Source of the DNA: Gemmatimonadaceae bacterium
Lineage (GTDB): Bacteria > Gemmatimonadota > Gemmatimonadetes > Gemmatimonadales > Gemmatimonadaceae
Length of the DNA: 29,376 nt
Assembly: GCA_040902005.1 (NCBI GenBank)
Contig: JBBDYA010000088.1
Location: forward strand, 50,702 to 80,077
Direction: 5' to 3'
Of the stretch, positions 23,923-29,376 are shown piece after piece. The notes below the pieces were generated by a model that searched no databases, was not told the origin of the DNA, and saw only the letters and a list, made by a program, of their open reading frames with translations. Every line of letters starts with the position of its first letter. Positions within the stretch are counted from its first letter, which is position 1. The position numbers and the translations under genes were made by a program.

Positions 23923-26409
23923 CTACTCGTTCCGCAGCGCCTCGGTGGGACTGATGCGCATCGCACGCCGTGCCGGGATGAAGCTGGCAAGCCAGGCAAC
24001 CGCGAACAGGAGCAGCGCGGCGACGGCGAAGACGCGCGAGTCGTACCGGTCCCAGTCGGACAACAGGAACGCGCGCAGGAAAGCGGCACTCTGCCAGGTG
24101 ACCAACAGGCCGACCGCGATTCCGAGGAGCGTGAGCACGTTGCCCTCGCGGATCACCAGCTCGCGGATCTCCCGGGCGCTCGCGCCGAGTGCGATGCGTA
24201 TACCGAATTCGCGTGCGCGTTGCGCCACCATGTGCGCGATGATCGCATAGACACCGAGCGCGGCGAGCGCCGTTGCGAGCACGGCAAACACGGTAAACAG
24301 CGACGCCATGAAGTCCTGCCGATCACTCAAGGCCTGGATTCCCGTGGCTTGCGCCCAGCTTTGGGGGTACCCGAGCGTGGTTGCCGGAGTCAGCGCCGAC
24401 AGCCCACGCCGCAATGCGAGCGACAGGCGATTTGCGTCGCCGGGCCCTCGCGCGACGAGTTCTATGAACTCCCCCCAACGGAATCCCGTGCGGGTCACTC
24501 TGACCACTATCTGCGCGGTATCGGCGGCATTCAGCACGAAAACGCCGCCCGCAGAAGTGACCTGATCGCGACCCGGACAACGCATCGCCAGTCGTTCCAA
24601 CGCGTCCTGGTCCCGGTTGACGCTCGTGCGCGTACTGCCCGCGACTCCAATGACTCGAAGCCAGGGCTCCCTCGTGTGCGCCGAATCCAGCTTGATCAAG
24701 CGGCCGATCGGATCGGCGCCCGGCCACAGGCATCGGGCGGTCCGCTCACTCACGATGGCCAGAGGCTCGGCAAACTCGCCCGGCGAAAAGTCTCTGCCTC
24801 GCACCATCGGGATTCGCATCGTGCGAAAATAGTCCGGCGATACGACAGCATAACTCGAGGCCGCGGTTCGATACACGATCGGAGCGCCACCCGGATCATC
24901 AACCGACATTGCGCGCCGTGGGGGCCCCTTTCGGGCAATCGTCCCTGCATGCGTGACCGATGGTACAGCGAGTGCTTGTCTGATCAGCAGCTCGGACCAG
25001 TCACGCTTGGTTCGACGATCCGCCGGTCCCTCGGGCAGCACGCCGACGAACGTCGTCACCAGCCCACGGTAGTCGTGGCCGAGATCGTACGCGCGAACCT
25101 GGACGGCCATGGTCATCAGAAGCGACGCCGACGACAACAGCGACAACGCCAGGGCCACCTCGATCACTACCAATGCGCCATACTGGCGGCGCGCGGAGCG
25201 CGTCTTTCCCGTGCCCGCACCCGATTTCAGCAGGTCGCTGATATCCACGCGCGAGAGCTTGAGCGCCGGCGCCAGTCCCACGAGCATCAGGCAGAACAAC
25301 GTGGCCCCAACGGCGAATGCGAGCACGCGCCAACTCACCTGCGGATGCGCCACATAATCGGAGATGGTGGGCGGAACGGACGCGTCCACCAGTCGCATGC
25401 CCCACGCGGTCAGAATGGCCCCCAGCGCGAGGCCGGCGAGCGCCAGCCACGCGCTCTCCGCCAGTAGTTGGCCGACGATCTGCCGGCGCGTCGCCCCGAC
25501 CGCGGCTCGCGTCGCCAGCTCTCGAGTGCGCGCCACTCCGCGCGCCAGTTGCAGATTCGCGAGGTTCGCACATGCGATCAGGAGCACGGCGACAACCGAG
25601 CCGATGAGGGCCCAGTGAAACCGCCAGGGCCGAAAGGGCGGTCGACTCAGATCCCGAGCGTTGAAGCCGACGCTGCGGCCGAACTCTCCGGTGCGCTGCG
25701 CAAAGCGCAACTTGAGCGTATTCAGCTCGACGCGGGCCTCCGCGAGCGAAACGCCAGGCTTGAGCCGCGCGATGGACAGCGCCAACTCCGGAAGTTCGTC
25801 CCGTGTAGCCAGCTGCCACACGTCCGTGTACCGCTGGGGAAAGTCGGCTTCGTATGGCAGGAGCCCGACCACGACGCGCGCCTCGCCGCCGGCGAATATT
25901 GAGGAGGGCTCGAACTCGTCCAGTTCCGGAAACAGCTGCCGCCACAACCGTTCGCTCAACACGACCGGCCTGACTTCCTGGTCCAGGTCTCGCGCGGACA
26001 GCAACCGACCGGCGCTGGCCCGAACCCCGAGTACCGCGAAGTAGGTTGGCGTCACCGAAAGGACCCGGGCCTCGCGAAGTCGGTTGCCATGCTCCACGAT
26101 GCGGTCGTCGTACGACCCCCGCGATCCGATCATGCCGTCGTGAAACGTCGTGCCCACTACGGCCGCGTTCAGTTCGTGAATGGGAATCAGCCGGCGATAG
26201 TCGCCATAGAACCGGAACGAGATCAGGCGATCCGGCTCGCGCATGGCGATTTTCGGATCGATCATCGTGTCGAGCACGCTGTACATCGTCGTGTTCAAAG
26301 CGATGGCGACGCCGAGCGAAACAACCGCGAGCGCCGTGAAGCGTTTGTGCCGCAACACCAACCGAAGCGAGGGGGCGAGATACTCGACCGGCAGCCGCAG
26401 CCCTCTCAT
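23923..26409 (-). CDS. MacB/FtsX-type duplicated ABC permease (ADOP-like), paralog 1
   Basis: 828 aa; two MacB_PCD plus FtsX modules; LLIACANLANLQLARG, RELATRAAVGA, REFGIRIALGA, IPARRAMRISPTEALRNE; ATGA overlap with paralog 2. Confidence 0.9.
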   Translation of the reverse strand: MRGLRLPVEYLAPSLRLVLRHKRFTALAVVSLGVAIALNTTMYSVLDTMIDPKIAMREPDRLISFRFYGDYRRLIPIHELNAAVVGTTFHDGMIGSRGSYDDRIVEHGNRLREARVLSVTPTYFAVLGVRASAGRLLSARDLDQEVRPVVLSERLWRQLFPELDEFEPSSIFAGGEARVVVGLLPYEADFPQRYTDVWQLATRDELPELALSIARLKPGVSLAEARVELNTLKLRFAQRTGEFGRSVGFNARDLSRPPFRPWRFHWALIGSVVAVLLIACANLANLQLARGVARTRELATRAAVGATRRQIVGQLLAESAWLALAGLALGAILTAWGMRLVDASVPPTISDYVAHPQVSWRVLAFAVGATLFCLMLVGLAPALKLSRVDISDLLKSGAGTGKTRSARRQYGALVVIEVALALSLLSSASLLMTMAVQVRAYDLGHDYRGLVTTFVGVLPEGPADRRTKRDWSELLIRQALAVPSVTHAGTIARKGPPRRAMSVDDPGGAPIVYRTAASSYAVVSPDYFRTMRIPMVRGRDFSPGEFAEPLAIVSERTARCLWPGADPIGRLIKLDSAHTREPWLRVIGVAGSTRTSVNRDQDALERLAMRCPGRDQVTSAGGVFVLNAADTAQIVVRVTRTGFRWGEFIELVARGPGDANRLSLALRRGLSALTPATTLGYPQSWAQATGIQALSDRQDFMASLFTVFAVLATALAALGVYAIIAHMVAQRAREFGIRIALGASAREIRELVIREGNVLTLLGIAVGLLVTWQSAAFLRAFLLSDWDRYDSRVFAVAALLLFAVAWLASFIPARRAMRISPTEALRNE

Positions 26410-28889
26410 TCGTTCCGCAGCGCCTCGGTCGGGTTGATGCGCATCGCGCGCCTCGCCGGGATGTAGCTCGCCAGCAGCGCCACGGTGAACAACGCCAACG
26501 CAATGAGCCCGAACAGCGGCGCGTTGAAGATGTCGTCCGGGTACACCAGGAACCTCTCGAGCAGGGGTACCGACTCGCGCGCCAACATGAGTCCGACAGC
26601 GATGCCGATGAGCGCCAACAGCTTGCCCTCGGAGAGCACGACGCGCCTGATGTCACCCTCCTCCGCGCCCAGCGCGATGCGCACGCCGAACTCGCGAGTG
26701 CGCTGCGACACGCTGTGCGAGACGATCGCGTAGACGCCCAGAGCTGCGATGCCGAGCGCGAGCAGCGCGAACGCGGCAAACAGACTGGCGATGAACGTCT
26801 GCCGCTCGCGCAGCCGGTCCAGTCCGGTCACCTGGTACCACGATTCCGCGTAGCCGATGCCGATGCCGCGCCCCGGTTCCTGCAGCACCTCGCGCACCTG
26901 ATTGGGAAGCTTCTGCATGTCCTGCTGCCTCCGCGCCTGAACGACGAGCTGTAAGAAGCCCCCGCGACCCACCGTCGACGTACTCGTGCCGTTGAGCACG
27001 AACACTGCGCCCATGCGCGAGGCGTTCCGCTCCTCCTGGTTCGTCTCCTGGTACGGACGATAGAAGTTGAAGTGCCGCATGACGCCAACCACCTCCAGCC
27101 ACGGGGCGCGAGAGCTGTCGCGGCCGAGCTTGATATGCTGTCCGATGGCGTCCTGCCCCGGCCACAGGAAGCGCGCCGTGCGATCGTCCACCATCACGAG
27201 GGGTTCGGCGAACTCGCCCGGCCGGAAAGCGCGCCCGTGAAGCACCTCCAATCCGAGCACCCGGGGATACTCCGAGCTGACGCTGCGATAGGACCACTGC
27301 AGCCCGGTAATGATCTCCTTCGCCACCCCGCCAGGATCGGCAAGCGCGATGGTGAGACCAACCGGCGTCTGCGACGTGGACACGGCGGCGTGCTCGACCT
27401 GGGGAAGGGCGCGCAGCCGATTGAGCAGGTGGTTGCCGATGTCAGTGAGCCGGCGACCATCCTCGGGCTGCTTGCCGTTGATCGGACGACCGGTGGGAAA
27501 GATGCGCGCGTGTCCAAGCAGCAGCCGGCTGTAGTGTGGCGGGATGTCCATCGTGTAGAGGCTCACCGCACCGCGCATGAGCAGCGTCGCCCCGACCAGC
27601 AGCGCCAGCGCAAAGCCCACCTGCACGACCACCAGCGTTCCGTACTGCCGGCTGGCCCGGCGCGACCGCCCGGTGCCCGCGCCTGATTTCATCACCTCGT
27701 TGATGTCCACGCGCGACAGCCGGATAGCCGGCAGCAGGCCGACGAATCCCAGCGCGACGAACGTGGCGAGCGCGGCGAACGCGAATACCCGCCAGTTCGC
27801 GCGCGCGCGCAGGGTGAATTCGTCGAACGACGGCGGCAGCGAGGTGGCGACGAAATGCATTCCCCAGGCGGTGAGCAGCAGGCCGGCGGCGAGTCCCGCC
27901 GCGGCGAGCCATGCCGACTCGGACACCAGCAGCCGCACCAGTTGCCCGCGCGAGGCGCCGAGCGCCGATCGGGTCGCCAACTCCCGCGCTCGCGCGATCC
28001 CACGCGCGAGCTGAAGGTTCGCGAGGTTGACGCACGCCACCAGAAGCACGGCGAGCACCGCGAGCCCAAGCGCGTAGTGGAATTGCCCGACACGGACTTC
28101 CTCTATGATGGCGGGTGTGATAAAAAAGGCGACGGAGCGCGGGCTCTCGCCGGTGATCGCCGCGAACCGGTCGGCGATGACGCGCAACTCCGCCCTTGCC
28201 TGACGGATCGTCACGTCGGGACGCAGTCGCAGCAGGTTCATCGGGGTGCCAAAATGGAGCGCGTCGGGCGGCAGGATCTGCCAGACGTCCACCAGCGAAC
28301 CCGGAAAGTCGGCCTCCCTCGTGATCACGCCGATGACGACCCGCGGCTCACCCTCCAAAACGATCGTCGCGGCATCGAGCGCGTCTTGCTCCGGGAAGAG
28401 CTGCTTCCAGAGCCGCTCGCCGATGACGACTGGGCGCGGTTGCACGTTGACGTCGGCTTCCGACAGCAGCCGCCCGCGGAGCGGAACCGTGCCGAGAACG
28501 GCAAAGTAGTTGGGGGTGACGTTCCGGATCGTGACGGGGTAGGACTGCGAACCGCGCTCGGCGAGGTGGGCGTTCGGACCTTGACTGCGCAGGTTGTGGT
28601 AATGGATGCCGGCGCCGGCCTCAAAGGACCTGAGGCTCCGAAGGGCGTCGAAGTGCATCTGGTCGGTCAGGCGGCGCGGCTGACGCATGTCGCCGTACCA
28701 CCGGACTCGGAACAGCCTGTCCGGATCGCGCATCTCGATGACCGGGTTCATCAGCGCGTCGAGCACGCTGTACATCGTGGTGTTGAGCCCGATCGCCAAT
28801 CCGAGTGAGAGCACCGCAAGCGCGGAAAAGCGCTTGTGACGCGCCAGCATGCGCAGCGAAGGCCGCAGACGATCGAACAGGGATGCCAC
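26406..28889 (-). CDS. MacB/FtsX-type duplicated ABC permease (ADOP-like), paralog 2
   Basis: 827 aa; LLVACVNLANLQLARG, REFGVRIALGA, IPARRAMRINPTEALRNE; GTG start with GGAGG upstream. Confidence 0.9.
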   Translation of the reverse strand: MASLFDRLRPSLRMLARHKRFSALAVLSLGLAIGLNTTMYSVLDALMNPVIEMRDPDRLFRVRWYGDMRQPRRLTDQMHFDALRSLRSFEAGAGIHYHNLRSQGPNAHLAERGSQSYPVTIRNVTPNYFAVLGTVPLRGRLLSEADVNVQPRPVVIGERLWKQLFPEQDALDAATIVLEGEPRVVIGVITREADFPGSLVDVWQILPPDALHFGTPMNLLRLRPDVTIRQARAELRVIADRFAAITGESPRSVAFFITPAIIEEVRVGQFHYALGLAVLAVLLVACVNLANLQLARGIARARELATRSALGASRGQLVRLLVSESAWLAAAGLAAGLLLTAWGMHFVATSLPPSFDEFTLRARANWRVFAFAALATFVALGFVGLLPAIRLSRVDINEVMKSGAGTGRSRRASRQYGTLVVVQVGFALALLVGATLLMRGAVSLYTMDIPPHYSRLLLGHARIFPTGRPINGKQPEDGRRLTDIGNHLLNRLRALPQVEHAAVSTSQTPVGLTIALADPGGVAKEIITGLQWSYRSVSSEYPRVLGLEVLHGRAFRPGEFAEPLVMVDDRTARFLWPGQDAIGQHIKLGRDSSRAPWLEVVGVMRHFNFYRPYQETNQEERNASRMGAVFVLNGTSTSTVGRGGFLQLVVQARRQQDMQKLPNQVREVLQEPGRGIGIGYAESWYQVTGLDRLRERQTFIASLFAAFALLALGIAALGVYAIVSHSVSQRTREFGVRIALGAEEGDIRRVVLSEGKLLALIGIAVGLMLARESVPLLERFLVYPDDIFNAPLFGLIALALFTVALLASYIPARRAMRINPTEALRNE

Positions 28890-28988
28890 GCGCCAGCCTC
28901 CGGGCTGAATTGGTCCTACGGTACAGTGTCCCGCGCCCGCCAGCAGTCAATGCCGGTCCAGTCCGCCACGACGGCGCAGCTGCACTGG

Positions 28989-29004
28989 TGGCACGGACCA
29001 CGCA
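28989..29004 (+). promoter_or_regulatory. Putative sigma-54 (-24/-12) promoter
   Basis: TGGCACG-GACC-ACGCA has a perfect -24 box and exact GG-N10-GC spacing; the -12 box deviates from TTGC; 68 nt upstream of the ATG at 29073. Confidence 0.4.
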
Positions 29005-29072
29005 ATGGAGGACGCCGCAAACCGACCGGTCTCAGATGATCGGTTCTCACGTCACACAGGCGGAGCTCTCAC

Positions 29073-29324
29073 ATGTCAGACGTACAGGTCAATCAGTCGC
29101 CCGGCGGCAGCACGCCACAGCCAGTCAGCACCGGCGGAGGCTCCGGCGCAGCGTGGGCCATCGTGGCCATCGTCCTGCTCGCCATCATCGCGTGGTTCGT
29201 GTTCGGGCGCGGCATGGGCGGAGGCGACGGCGACCGCGACATCAACATCGACGCCAAGATCGAGACACCAGCACCGGCACCGGCACCGGCACCGAGCACG
29301 CCGGCGCCAACGCCGAATCCGTAA
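29073..29324 (+). CDS. Small single-TM protein with Pro/Ala-rich tail (83 aa)
   Basis: GGAG RBS; TM AAWAIVAIVLLAIIAWFVF; DRDINIDAKIE then (PA)n tail encoded by a GCACCG 6-bp repeat. Confidence 0.8.
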   Translation: MSDVQVNQSPGGSTPQPVSTGGGSGAAWAIVAIVLLAIIAWFVFGRGMGGGDGDRDINIDAKIETPAPAPAPAPSTPAPTPNP

Positions 29325-29327
29325 GGC

Positions 29328-29366
29328 GTTCTAGCCAAAGGGTTCTCGGCCAAAAAGTTCTCGGCC
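29328..29366. repeat. Imperfect 14-15-bp tandem repeat with core GTTCT(C)(G/A)GCC, three copies
   Basis: GTTCTAGCCAAAGG / GTTCTCGGCCAAAAA / GTTCTCGGCC read directly after the last stop codon. Confidence 0.6.
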
Positions 29367-29376
29367 GCGGGGGGGG

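Noticed and set aside
22518..24089. 523-aa minus-strand ORF
   Set aside because: Shadow of fadD.
25001..26779. 592-aa minus-strand ORF spanning both permeases (possible frameshift product)
   Set aside because: Alternative-frame Arg/Ala-rich translation; both permeases are intact in their own frames and joined by a normal ATGA overlap.
29268..29294. GCACCG 6-bp repeat as an independent element
   Set aside because: It simply encodes the Pro-Ala linker of the small membrane protein.
1..29376. Prophage, IS, integron, defence island or RNA genes
   Set aside because: No integrase, transposase, phage or defence-type motifs and no tRNA/rRNA-like sequence recognised; intergenic gaps are mostly too short. 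A covariance-model search was not possible.

Overview
High-GC bacterial window. Gemmatimonadota is my inference from the ADOP permeases, the carboxypeptidase-regulatory/plug protein and the DUF2911 lipoprotein. It is probably a whole contig, because it starts inside a 12-bp tandem repeat and ends in a short repeat plus poly-G. It carries about 26 genes. I see no rRNA, tRNA, CRISPR array or mobile element. Left part: thiolase, a DUF411-AlkA-aminopeptidase P run, an S9-type hydrolase, four small ORFs, a DUF2911 lipoprotein and DUF502. Centre (7.9-17.3 kb): a phosphate/polyphosphate locus. It holds a class C acid phosphatase, two tandem PafA-type alkaline-phosphatase-superfamily enzymes (one with an altered phosphoryl-binding pocket), and a DUF4956 membrane protein translationally coupled to a secreted CotH-like kinase. 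Converging on that pair is a 1045-aa PPK1 with an extra ~365-aa N-terminus that reads as a degenerate CYTH domain plus a Nudix-like remnant. This is the best candidate for an undescribed system: a PPK1-driven variant of the VTC-DUF4956-CotH module, hypothetically exporting polyP for extracytoplasmic phosphorylation. Right part: Ser/Thr dehydratase, two PAP2 proteins, a plug-without-barrel secreted protein, a PlsC-like acyltransferase, a bubblegum-like acyl-CoA synthetase, two tandem orphan MacB/ADOP permeases and a small membrane protein behind a possible sigma-54 promoter. All family calls come from motif recognition by eye; no searches were run.
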